Assembly: GCA_051294375.1 (NCBI GenBank)
Contig: CM119264.1
Span: 426,896 to 468,349, forward strand
From: Paraspadella gotoi
Lineage: Eukaryota > Animalia > Chaetognatha
Length of the DNA: 41,454 bases
Direction: 5' to 3'
The position numbers and the translations under genes were made by a program. Positions 13,024-23,909 of this stretch are shown here, piece after piece. The notes beneath the pieces are model-generated. The model was not told where the DNA came from. It was given only the letters and a program-made list of their open reading frames with translations, and made no database searches. Every line of letters begins with the position of its first letter. Within the stretch, counting starts at the first letter, position 1.

Positions 13024-13034
13024 AATGGCAAACC

Positions 13035-13740
13035 GATTATGCGTACATACCCATGCCGTCACATATAATGATGTGAAATACTCCTCTTCGGGCAAACTGA
13101 GTATGCGTACATACAATGCGTACATACAATGTGTCGATAAGTATCTCTTCTGCGGCAAACTGATTATGCGTACATACAATGCCGTACCATCACAATGTGT
13201 GATAATATCTCTTCGGGCAAACTGATTATGCGTACAACAATGCGTACATACAATGTGTGATAAGTATCTTCTCGGGGCAACTGATTATGCGTACCATACA
13301 ATGCGTACATACAATGTGCTTATAATATCTCTTCGGGCAACTGATTACTGCGTACATACAATGCGTACATCACAATAGTGTGATAATTATCTCTTTGGGC
13401 AACTGATTATGGCGTACATACAATGCGTTACATATTAATGTGTTGCATTAATATCTTCTCGGGCAACTGATTATGCGTACATACCAATGCGTTACATTAC
13501 AATGTGTGATAACTATCTCTTCGGAACAACTTGATTATGCGTACATACAATGCTGTACATACAATGTGTGATAATATCTCTTCGGGCAACTGATTATTGC
13601 GCGTACATACAGATGCGTAACATACAACTGTGTCATGAATCATCTCTGTCGGGCAAACTGATTATGCGTACATTTACAATGCGTACATACAATGTGTGAT
13701 AATATCTCTTCGCGCCACACTGATTATGCGTTACATACAA
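13035..13740 (+). repeat. 58-bp satellite, right block (~12 copies)
   Basis: Consensus ataatatctcttcgggcaactgattatgcgtacatacaatgcgtacatacaatgtgtg with an internal 13-bp doublet tgcgtacatacaa. Confidence 0.95.
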
Positions 13741-13801
13741 GCCTAAGTGTAGATGGCGTAAGAAGGACCCTTTGCCTTCACGTCACTCCATCCAAAGTCT
13801 G

Positions 13802-13869
13802 AAGAGATTGACGAGAAAGTTGAGGATCCGGCGCCAAGAGATTGACGAGAGAGTTGAGGATCCGGCGCC
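13802..13869 (+). repeat. 34-bp tandem duplication
   Basis: aagagattgacgagaRagttgaggatccggcgcc x2 with one mismatch. Confidence 0.9.
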
Positions 13870-14082
13870 AAGCGCCAATCCTCGTCTTTGCCGAACCGGA
13901 GGTGGCGACGTGGCAGCGTGAGAGTTCGCCAAGCTGCTTGTAAAAGTTGTCTAAACCAACTTGCTTGGTTATTGATTAAAATCAGACCTTTTTAAAATAA
14001 TCAAAGCATACAGATATTACAGTTACTCTTGCCAGCAAGTATCTGCAATATCTATATTGCAAAACAATGATTATTAATATCA

Positions 14083-14368
14083 AACAGTAACAGTAAACAG
14101 TAAAAAGTGAAATAATAAGGTAATTCAATTCGAGATCCACTGAGGGTTTGAAGAGGCTGGATTTACAGGGCGCCACACCCGCAGAGGTGTCACCTCGTGG
14201 CGACAGCGAGACAGCATGTTCATGTAGTCCAGAGCTTTGGATCTGGCAGTAGGCCCATGCCTACAGGCGGCTTACCCGGTCCATCCTACTTTCTACATGA
14301 CAACCTCAGGGATCAAACCTGGGACGCACATTGGGATGGTGCATTAGTCCACTGAGCCACTGAGGCGC
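14083..14368 (-). mobile_element. tRNA-derived SINE-like element (family 1)
   Basis: Minus strand reads GCGCCTCAG-TGGCTCAGTGG (A box)...GGTTTGATCCC (B-box-like)-TGAGG, then a ~200 bp unique body and a (TTTACTG)-like simple tail. The 3' boundary is approximate. Confidence 0.65.
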
Positions 14369-14479
14369 TGCGAAAGAAACAGCTTTAATCCATCTGTGGT
14401 GATAGGACCACCAGAGGTTATTATTATATCGGAACTCTTTATCAAATAGTTTCTAAGCAGGAATCATGTTTGGAATTGG

Positions 14480-14746
14480 TAACAATAAAAGTCTTGTGAT
14501 TGCTAGAGATACGCGATCTTCCTTTGTTGATATTAACGTCGGGGTCACCAGTGTGGATAAAGCGCTAAGTGGGCTGACGACTACTATCCGCAACTTCTTC
14601 AACTCCTGTAGCAGTCAAAGAACGGGTCCTGGGCTTGGAAACAGGCTTGAAGGTTTTCCACGGCCCCAGGGTAGGTACCGTGTTGGGATTGAACCCGGTA
14701 CTGAGTGGTTATGAGCTGACGGCTTTACTCAATGAGCCACCGGGTC
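14480..14746 (-). mobile_element. tRNA(Met-like)-derived SINE-like element (family 2)
   Basis: Minus strand reads GACCCGG-TGGCTCATTGAG (A-box-like)-TAAAGCCGTCAG-CTCATAA (CAT anticodon-loop-like)-CCACTCAGTACCG-GGTTCAATCCC (B box). The stems do not close a full cloverleaf. The 3' boundary is approximate. Confidence 0.65.
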
Positions 14747-15856
14747 AGAACTGAAGGTGTCATGGTTATACATAATACATAAGTATTAAGAAAAAATTAG
14801 AATTATGAAAAGAGTCATCGAGGGTAAAAAAATTGAAATTTTTGGCGTAAAATGTGAATTTTTTTTCATTTTTCTTTCTTTCTCCTATTTTTATTCAGCA
14901 CTCTCTCTCTCTCTCTCTCTCTCTCAAACTTCTCTCTACTCTTCCTCTCTCTCTCTCTCTTCTCTCTCTCACTCTCTCTCTCTCTCCTCCCTTACTAACT
15001 CTCACAATCGTCTCTCTTTTTCTGTCGCCCTTGAAAATTTTTTCTTTTTCCCTCATTGCCCTTCGCCTTTTCTTTTATCTCTCTCTCTCTGTCTCCTCTC
15101 TCTCGTGTCTCTCTCTCGTCTGTCTCTTCTCATCTCTCTCTCTCACTCTCTCACTTCTCTCTCTCTCTCTCTTATTCTCTCTCCTCCCTCTCGTTGCCCT
15201 TTCGACTTTTCTTTTCATCTTCGCCAACATTATCCGCCTCCTATTTTCGCTCTTCGCCCCCCCTTATCCCTACCCTAAACCCCTCATTTCTACCCCTTAT
15301 TTTCTACCCCTCATCCCTTTACCCCTCATTTCTACAATCTAAATCCCTTTACCCCTTATTTCTACAATCTAAATCCCTCAAGAAAAAGAACAGTCGCGAC
15401 TTTCCAAGAATCAGACAAACGCCCTGCTCCTCCTCTTTCCTCCTTCCCTCTATCTTCCTCCTCCTCCCTCCCTCCTCTTCCCCCTCTCCCTCTTCCTTCA
15501 TTCCTCCTCATCCCCCTCCTCTCACCTCTTCCTCCTCCTTCTGCCTCTTCCTCCTCCACTTGTCTCCTCCTCTCCCTCTCTCCTCCCCCTCTTCCTCCTC
15601 CTTTTGCTCNNNNNNNNNNNNNNNNNNNNNNNNNTTACCTCTCATTGATACCCCTAAATTCCTTTACCCTCATTCTAAAATCTAAATTTTTAACGACTTT
15701 TTATAGCAGAAGAAAGATAAACACCATTTGAGTATATGTTTTTAAATACAGAGAAAAAATTACCATTTAAATTATTGATTATGTAAGTTCTGTGTTGGAA
15801 CATAAAAAACGAAAAAAGGGTTCGAGATAACTCAATAACTAAAACTTAAAATACTT
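14680..15856 (+). repeat. Segment A, directly duplicated at 20834-21850
   Basis: Shared unique anchors: SINE head, gtcatg.ttatacataa, ccaacattatccgcctc, agaaagataaacaccatttgag, gggttcga.ataactcaataact. Confidence 0.9.
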
Positions 15857-17467
15857 TATATGGTATAAATTATGTGTTTGTTTGTACATAGAAGTTTATG
15901 ACCGCTTTGTAACGAAGTATGTCTTTTGGTTATTGTGTTAACTGTCACATTTGAGCATTACAAATCAAAATCAATTAAAATCTCTCTCTCTTCTCTCTCG
16001 TCCTCTCTCTCGTCTTTCTCTTCTCGTTCTGTCTCTCTCTCTCTCTCTCTCTCATTGAGGCGGCCAAAAAAAAACGAAATAGTGTCCTGCCGAAATTCTC
16101 AAAGGCACTTAATAACCCGACGCTGAAACGAGGCTTCAACCAAGAGCGTCGCCCGCATCGGCGATGCCTCTTTTTTGGAGAATCTCTGCTCTCTCTCTCT
16201 CTTTCTCATCTCTCTCTGCTCTCTCTCTCTCGTCTCTCTCTCTGATTTGAGCGGCCACAAAAAAACAAACGAATAAAGAATGGTCGACACGAAGAAAAAA
16301 AAGTTCTCGAAAGCGATGAAGAGTGACCGAACGTGGAAAAGCAGAAAGCGTAGTCAAACAAGAAGGTCAGCCCGGCATCGAGCTCGGAGACTCGCTGCGT
16401 ATGGTAGTTATGGAGAAGAATCTCTCTGCGTCAGTATGTGCATCGTGCGTCCGTCTGCGCATCATGCTCTCTGCTCATTCATCTGCGATATCCCTGCCTC
16501 TTTCCTGTACGAATAGTGCGTGCCTCAAATATAATAATACTCAGGATCCTGAATCTATGGTGTCGACAGAGGATCGTCTCGAGAATAGAGTATCTATGAT
16601 AATAAATGATATCACCGGCCAACCGCATTTGGATAATATCGCAGGTGCTAATGTCAACAAGATGTCTGCCGACCTGCTATAACAGGACGACATAGCTACT
16701 TTTTGATGTATCGAACCTCTCTCTCTCTCTCTATCTCTCTCCCTCTCAATCTTCATACTTCCTCTCTTCTAATTCCTCTTCCTAATAGTACGCCTCGTAA
16801 GATATGATCAAATAAGAATCTCGGCGTCTGCGTACTGTCAACGATTCAGCCACAGTATCGTCCTTGCGCCTGTCGTGCTCGCTCATCTCTCTCTTTCTCC
16901 ATGACTCACACTCCTACTGTTCCTTCGAACCTCCCTTTACTGCCGCGTCTCGTTTCTCCCCCTCCTCCCTCGTATGCGGTGCGTGCCGTGCGTCTCGTAC
17001 GCGTCTCGTGCAACTAAAGCTCGATCACGTGCATACTCACTTGGCGGTGCTGGCGTACGTGACAACTCCGGTTGTCCATATCCTGACACGCTCACGATAA
17101 GAAATCCCGGCGTCAGCTGTAGCCCATCCGCCACTACATCTCATGCCCTCTCTTCGCCGTCCTCTCTCTCCTCTCTCAACCCTCCTCTCTGGTCCATCCT
17201 CAAGCAACCACAACTGCATAAAGCCTGATCCGTGCAAACTCGAACATACATCCTCCACTTTCTCGGATCTTAACTCCATAGTGCCTTTAGCCCTAGTGGT
17301 TGAGAGATTGTCCCCCCAACTTTCAAGTATACTTCTACTTGTTACAACCGAATCGGCAATATCCCCTATGGTTCTTCTCTCTGTGCCGCAGAATCTAGAC
17401 GTATCCTCGATAGTAATATCCTGATCAATATTCCTCTGTCCTTCGAGAATGGCGATAACCTCCTGTG

Positions 17468-18002
17468 TTTTCTGACAGCTTACAACATTTGTCGACATTT
17501 GGACAAGAACCGTCTTTTGTGACAATACTTTTTGTGGACAGTGACTTCTTTAACGCTGGATTGAGGACTTTGTCACCGGTGTCACCGCTTTGGACCCGGA
17601 GGCCCAGGTTTGGCGGTCAACAGAAAGACGGCTCACCCCCATTGGACGTCGTCCGCTGCCAATAAAAGACGAAACCATTAGATCTCTCCACGCACGCGCG
17701 CCGCCCCGCCGCCGGCCTTCCCTTACCCCTCTCGACGCCCTTTCGCTATTCTCGGGTCGACATCTTGCGGATCACGAAAGAAAAAGGAAACCAAAACTGA
17801 TTTCGCCTGACAAAAGGACAACGACACAAGAGCTTGTATACATGTGAAGTCTGTTTATGTAATTCCTATTCATGGATGTTGCGACATAGATATAATGTAA
17901 CAAATACAAACAAATTGAACTTATAAAAATTTTTTTTGTTTAAGAATGGAATCAGCGGTTAAAGATCAGCGTGTCTGTAACGCTTTCTGAGCGATCGATT
18001 TG
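17468..18002 (+). repeat. Segment C, directly duplicated at 20290-20775
   Basis: ttctgacag.ttaca...gacagtgacttctttaacgctggattgag...ctcgacgccctttcgct...caaattgaacttataaaa...gagcgatcgatt is present in both. Confidence 0.92.
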
Positions 18003-18051
18003 GCTCTCTCTCTCTTCTCTCTCTCTCTCGTCTCTCTCTCTCTCGGCTCCG

Positions 18052-18688
18052 TCTGTCCAAAGTTGAGCGGCAAGATAGCTTATTATTAAATTGACAATGA
18101 ATAATTGTAATCCGCTTCCAGCGAATTTACTTACCCCCCGAGAAATTGTACATATTTGGGCGGCCTCCCAAATTTTTTTTTGTTCAAGATTTTTTTCTGT
18201 TTTCCCCGTCTTGTAACTGTTTGCTACCTACTACGAGAGGATTGTCTGGTCTACTTAACTTTTTCTAAACTATGAGCATTTTCCCTTTCACTTCTATAAA
18301 ATTTGCTCTTATGTCTGCACCCACTGTAGATTCTTCACTGCATCGCATTTACACAAGAATAGCAAATTTTTGCCTGTTTTGGTACGCTTAATAAAAATCA
18401 GATGGTACTCCACAACAACAATAAGAGGCATTTCTTGAAAGAACAAGAGACAGATCACATTAAATCGTTCTTTGTATTTTCACCTTTCTACTGCAGGGGC
18501 TTACAAAAGCAGGAGGTCTTTTGTAAAGATCAAAGGAACATTTCATTTGCTCTTCGTTCTGCACCCACTAGGAATCTTCAACTTGCACCTGCTACTTCAA
18601 TCAGAATAGCAAGTGTTTTTATTATTCGATTTTTATCTTAAAATATTTTTAAAAATTAATTGTTTTTTATATTTTTGCAATGTATTTT
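18052..18688 (+). repeat. Segment E, inverted copy at 21842-22520
   Basis: gtccaaagtt.agcggcaagatagcttatta, caaaagcaggaggtcttt and gcacccactagga have reverse complements in 21842-22520. Confidence 0.9.
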
Positions 18689-18754
18689 TTTTTTCCTATT
18701 CTATGAAAATATGCAAAATACCTTTTTTCTATTTTATCGAGCCCAGGACCACCG

Positions 18755-19111
18755 TTGTCTGATTTTTTTTTTCCTTCTAAAAACTTTTATTATCGTCACT
18801 TTATTCCACGCTTTTTTCTCAATACCAAAATCCCAATTTACACTGAGATTCTTCGAGATTTTTTTGAGAAAATGTTGAAGCAATATCTTTACTTTGACCT
18901 GGATTTCGTTGGCCGTTGCAGGTCAACGAGTAAACAATGTCAGTAGGAACATGACCTAATAACGCGGTTTGGTTGGCAACGGAAACTTTACATGTATAAA
19001 AAAAAGGATCAACTTGACCGCGAGATCACGCCGCCGTTGCGAGGCAACGGATAACCGACTATAAACTGAAGAGTTGACCTAATATTGCGTATCGTTGGTG
19101 GGAAAGACTCA

Positions 19112-19142
<31 letters not shown>

Positions 19143-19178
19143 GGCAGCGTCTGTTCAGGCTGTCTTTCTCTCTCTCTC

Positions 19179-19209
<31 letters not shown>

Positions 19210-19640
19210 TTCTTCTCTGATCTTTCTCTCTCTCTCTCTCTTCTCTTTTCTCTCTCTTCTTCTCTCCTGTTTTTTTTTTAGTACTTTTTTTTCACCCACC
19301 ATCATCTTTCGGCAACGAAGTAAACGAGTTTCGCCTCTGCAGCGTCTGACTGTTCAGCTTCTTTCTCTCTCTCCTCTCTCTACTCTCTCTCTCTTCTTTT
19401 CTGTCTCTTTCTTCTCTTTACGATCTCTTTTGGTGATTCGTTCGTTTTTTTTTTGGAAAAATTTCTGATTATTTTCTTTTCCTCTAAAAACTTTTCTATG
19501 CCATTTATTCGGCGCTTTTTTTCTCGAATCAAAAATCCCAAATTACGATCCGAGATTTTCCTGGATACATTTTTAGACAAAAGATGAAGAATAACTTATT
19601 ACGAGTTTCCCGGCCTCCTGCAGCGTCTGTACAGCTTCTT

Positions 19641-19676
<36 letters not shown>

Positions 19677-19990
19677 CTATTTTCTTTTTTAGTCACTCTT
19701 TTTTTCACAGCCATCACTTGGCGACGAATGGTAAACGAGTGTAAACGAGTTCCGCCTCTGCAGCGTCTGTTCAGCTTCGTTTCTCTCTCGTCTCTCATTT
19801 CTCGGTCTCTCTTTACGAGTGATTTACGATCTCTTGCGTGATCGTTGTTTTTTTTAAAAATGTCTGATTATTTTTTTCCTTCTTAAAAGACTTTTATTAT
19901 CGCATTTATTCTCGAACAAAAAATCCCAAATTTACATCCGCGATTTTTCGTGGATGACGATTTGAGAAAAAAAGTGATTGAATAACTTAT
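18755..19990 (+). repeat. Complex tandem repeat with a ~400 bp higher-order unit
   Basis: tctgatt...ctaaaaactttt...caaaatcccaa.tt.ac recurs at ~18755, ~19462 and ~19862; gcagcgtctg..cag recurs at ~19144, 19339, 19620 and 19760. Confidence 0.8.
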
Positions 19991-20289
19991 AATTGCCATG
20001 CGAATGTCAACATTGAGCTTTCTTGCTAATGGTGAGAGGTACAAGGCGACATCTGCATATTATAACGGCAGAACAATCTAAAATATTCATTCAAGATTAT
20101 CTCATCTCTTTTTCCTCCTGCTTCTCCTCTGCCTCCTCCTCCACTTAAGAAAACTCGCGATCGTTACACTGAACAATCTCCATTTAATTTCTTAGTGTAA
20201 ATTGTCTCACTTTCAGTTCTTTTGTGACATTCTCTTCTTTTGTCAAAGTCAACTTCTTTTCTGACATTCACTTTTTTGTGAGTCTTTTT

Positions 20290-20770
20290 TTTCTGACAGT
20301 TACACATTTGTGACATTTTGTGACAGGAACCTCTTTTGTGACAATACTTTTTTGTGACAGTGACTTCTTTAACGCTGGATTGAGACTTTGTCACGCGGTC
20401 GTGTCACGCTTTGGACGCGGACCCAGGTTGGCGTCAAAAAAGACGTCACGCCCCATTTGACGTCGTCGCTGCCATAAAAGACGAACCATTAGATCTTCCA
20501 CCGACGCCGCGCCCCGCCGCCGCCTCCCTTCCCCTCTCGACGCCCTTTCGCTTCTCGGGTCGACATCTTGCGGACGAAAAAAAAGGAAACCAAACTGATT
20601 TCGCGACAAAAGGACAACGACGACAAAGCTTGTATATGAAGGTTGTTTATGTATTTATATTCATGGATTTGGACTAGATATTAATGTAAAAATAAAACAA
20701 ATTGAACTTATAAAATTTTTTTTGTTAAAATGGAATCTGATGCAGGTTGAAACATTTTTGTTGAGCGATC

Positions 20771-20775
<5 letters not shown>
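20290..20775 (+). repeat. Segment C copy, preceded by a TTTTGTGACA-rich tract from ~20200
   Basis: Aligns by eye to 17468-18002. Confidence 0.92.
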
Positions 20776-20805
<30 letters not shown>

Positions 20806-20833
20806 NNNNNNNNNNNNNNNNNNNNNNNNNACC

Positions 20834-21850
20834 TCGTTGGCGCATTGAACCCCGGTTACTGAGTTTGGTCTATGAGCTGACGGCTTGTTACTCAATGACG
20901 CCACCGCTGCGTCAGAACTGACGCGGTGTCATGATTATACATAACTACATAGCTATTCAAGAATAAATTAGAATATATGTGGAAAAGACGTTCATCCGAA
21001 GCGGTGTTAAAAAAATTGAAATTCGTTTGGACGTAAAATGCTGGAATTTTTTTTCATTTTTCTTTTCTGTTCTCCTATTTTTATCAGCACTCTCTCTCTC
21101 TCTCATCTCTCCTCTCTTCTCTCTCTTCTCTCTCTTTCTCTCTCCACTCTCTCTCTCTCTCTCCCTCATTACTCTCACAATCGGTCTCTCTGTTTTCTGT
21201 CGCCCTTTGAAAAGGTTCTTCTTCTTTTTCCCTCATTGCCCTTTCGCCTTTCCTTGTATTCTCCTCTCTCTTCTCTTCTTCTCTCTCTCTTCATGTCTCT
21301 GCTCTCTCGTGTCTCTCTCTGTCTCTCTCTCTCTCTCGTTCACCTCTCTTCCTTCTCTCGTCTCTACTTCTCTATCTCCTCCCTCTCTCTCTTATTCTCT
21401 CTCCTCCCTCTCGTTGCCCTTTTCGACTTTTCTTTTCATCTTCGGCCAACATTATCCGCCTCCTATTTTCGCTCTTCGCCCCCCCTCGTATCCCCTACCC
21501 GTCAAACCCCTTCATTTTGCTCTAGACCCCTTATTTTCTACCCCCTCATCCCTTTACCCCTCATTCTCTACAATACTAAATCACCTCTTACCCCTTATTT
21601 CTACCACATCTAAATCCCTTACCCTGCTCATTTGAAACCCCCTAAATTCCTTTACCCCTCATTTCTAAAATCTACAATTTATTTAACTACTTTTTTACGA
21701 GAAAAAGATAAACACCATTTGAGATAGTTATGTTTTTAAAATAACAGAGAAAAATTACATTTACAATTGATGATTAAAGTTAAGTTCTGTGTGGAACATA
21801 AAAAACGAAAGGGTTCGATGATAACTCAATAACTACACTTTAAAATACTT
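20834..21850 (+). repeat. Segment A copy, including a noisy copy of the family 2 SINE head (20834-20913)
   Basis: Aligns by eye to 14680-15856 but lacks the 15380-15610 CT-rich part; begins immediately after a 25-N gap. Confidence 0.9.
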
Positions 21851-22520
21851 GCAAAAAATGATAAAAACACTTAATTTTTAAGAAATATATTTCAGATAGA
21901 TAAAAATCCGATAATTAAAACACTTGCCTATTTGTTGAAGAGCAGGTGCAAGTGAAGATCCTAGTGGGTGCGACAGAAGAAGAGCAAATGACTGAATGTA
22001 GTCCTTTGATGCTTACATAAAGACCTCCTGCTTTTGTAAAGCCCCCTGACTAGTAGAATTAGGGGTGAAAATACAAAGAAGTTATTTAATGTGATCTGCT
22101 CTCTTTTGCTTTCAGACAGAATGCCTCTTTTGTCCGTGGACCATCTGATTTTTATTAAGGTACCAAAAACATGCCAATAAATTTGCTATTTTGCTTGTGT
22201 AAGCCTCGATGCACGATGAAGATCGTAAGTGGGTGCGCACATAAGAGCAAATTTCTATGATGGAAAGTAAGGGAAAATGCCTCATAGTAGATTAAAGAGT
22301 TAAGTAGACCAGAAATCCCTCGTAAGTGAGGGTTGCAAACAGTTTTACAAGACGGGAAAACAAAAAAAATTGAAAAAAGAAAAATATGGGTGAGCACGTG
22401 CCCAAAATTAGTACAATTTTCAGGGGCGCGTAGTGAACGTTATTGAATCGCTCGAAGCGATTTACAAATTATCAATGTCATTATAATTAATAAGCTATCT
22501 TGCCGCTAACTTTGGACAAG
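21842..22520 (-). repeat. Segment E inverted copy
   Basis: Reverse complement of 18052-18688 with indels. Confidence 0.9.
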
Positions 22521-22708
22521 GACCGAGAGTAGTAAAAGCGATTTACATGTATTGGCGCAGCCACTGGTTATTATATTGGTTGTACCAATTTCATATAAAT
22601 ATTCACGAAAACTGATAATTCTTACAAATGATAAGATAAGGTAGCTTTTAGGGCAGTTTAGCTCAAGCCTCAAGCTCGCACTTTCTTTTTTTATATCACA
22701 ATTTGTAT

Positions 22709-22711
<3 letters not shown>

Positions 22712-22773
<62 letters not shown>

Positions 22774-23135
22774 ACTCTCAAAAGGTAAGACGAGAGCAAA
22801 GAAGTCGACAACAACGACGACAATAACGACGACGACGACGACGACGACGCCATCGTCCTTGGTTCTGAGTCCACACAGTGAAACGAGAATAATGTCAAAG
22901 GTTTCTCTTTTTGGGGAATGAAGGGGAGGAAAGGAAACGACGACGACGACGACGACGACGGTGATGGCGACGATGACGGCGACAGTGACGACTACGACGA
23001 TGACGATGACGGCGACAATGACGACGAGGACGACGACGACGAAAATGATGACGACGACGACGTCATTTCTACGTCAAACGACTTCAACCAAATTTCATCA
23101 CCACACCTACTTTTTTATCGCCTTTCTCCTCCTTA

Positions 23136-23200
<65 letters not shown>
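22712..23200 (+). repeat. (CT)n and (GAC/GAT)n microsatellite cluster
   Basis: (CT)n at 22712-22769 and 23137-23200; GAC-rich tracts at 22806-22850 and 22937-23062. Confidence 0.9.
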
Positions 23201-23203
<3 letters not shown>

Positions 23204-23625
23204 TTCTCCATTTCTCTTTTTTATCCCTTTTTTCATTTCTCTTCATTCCTACTTTTTCCATTTCTCTTCATTCCTCCCTTTTCCATTTCTCTTTATTTCT
23301 CCCTTTTTCCATTTCTCTTCATTCCTTCCTTTTTCCATTTCTCTTCAATTCCTCTCTTTTTCCGTTTCTCTTCTTTTCTCTCTTTTCCCCTTCCTGCCCT
23401 TTTTTCCCCTTTCATTCTTTTTGATTCCTTTGATTTTTTTATGGTTTTAGGGCTGCGTACCGCTTCGGCTCTTGAACTGCTGTCCGCGCCGTCGCGGTCG
23501 ACGATTGACCCTAAGCGGTTCACTGTATTCCTCCAACAATTTTTTTAGCGAGTTTTTTTCCAAAATTAACGCGAGTAACTAATTGCGTTTCTTGTTCGCT
23601 CCGTTGTTGTAACGCTCTTTCTCTC

Positions 23626-23683
<58 letters not shown>

Positions 23684-23870
23684 GTTCTTTCTCTCTCTCT
23701 CTTTTCTTTTTTCCTCCGTTTCCTCCATCCATTTTCCTCTGACACCTGCGTTGATCCAACCGACGCTAATTCTTCTCCTTTCGGTTTTCTCTTGCATTTC
23801 TTTCTTTCTCTCTTTCTTTCTATCTTTCTTTCTTTTTTTCTTTCTTTCTATCTTTCTTTCTTTATTTTTT

Positions 23871-23909
<39 letters not shown>

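Larger units (their letters stand above)
11298..13034. mobile_element. Foldback/MULE-like non-autonomous element with arms made of 16-bp tandem repeats
   Basis: (GGGATTCCTCCCACAC)n at 11310-11980 and the inverted (GTGTGGGAGGAATCCC)n at 12522-13023 enclose a ~540 bp AT-rich core. Termini are GG...CC. It interrupts a same-orientation 58-bp satellite, with candidate TSD GATTATGCG. Confidence 0.65.

Noticed and set aside
11146-13225. Long overlapping ORFs (up to 244 aa) with GIPPTRDSSHTGFLP repeats
   Set aside because: They are translations of a stop-free 16-bp minisatellite, open in nearly all frames on both strands.
13035-13740. CRISPR-like regular repeats (also 25011-25402 and 31543-31825)
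   Set aside because: Units are head-to-tail with no unique spacers, there are no cas genes, and the context is eukaryotic.
14675-14746. Functional tRNA-Met gene
   Set aside because: The anticodon and acceptor stems do not pair properly; better explained as a SINE head or pseudogene.
22918-23548. Asp-rich or Thr-rich protein ORFs
   Set aside because: They derive from (GAC)n running into (CT)n microsatellites, with no domain or splice support.
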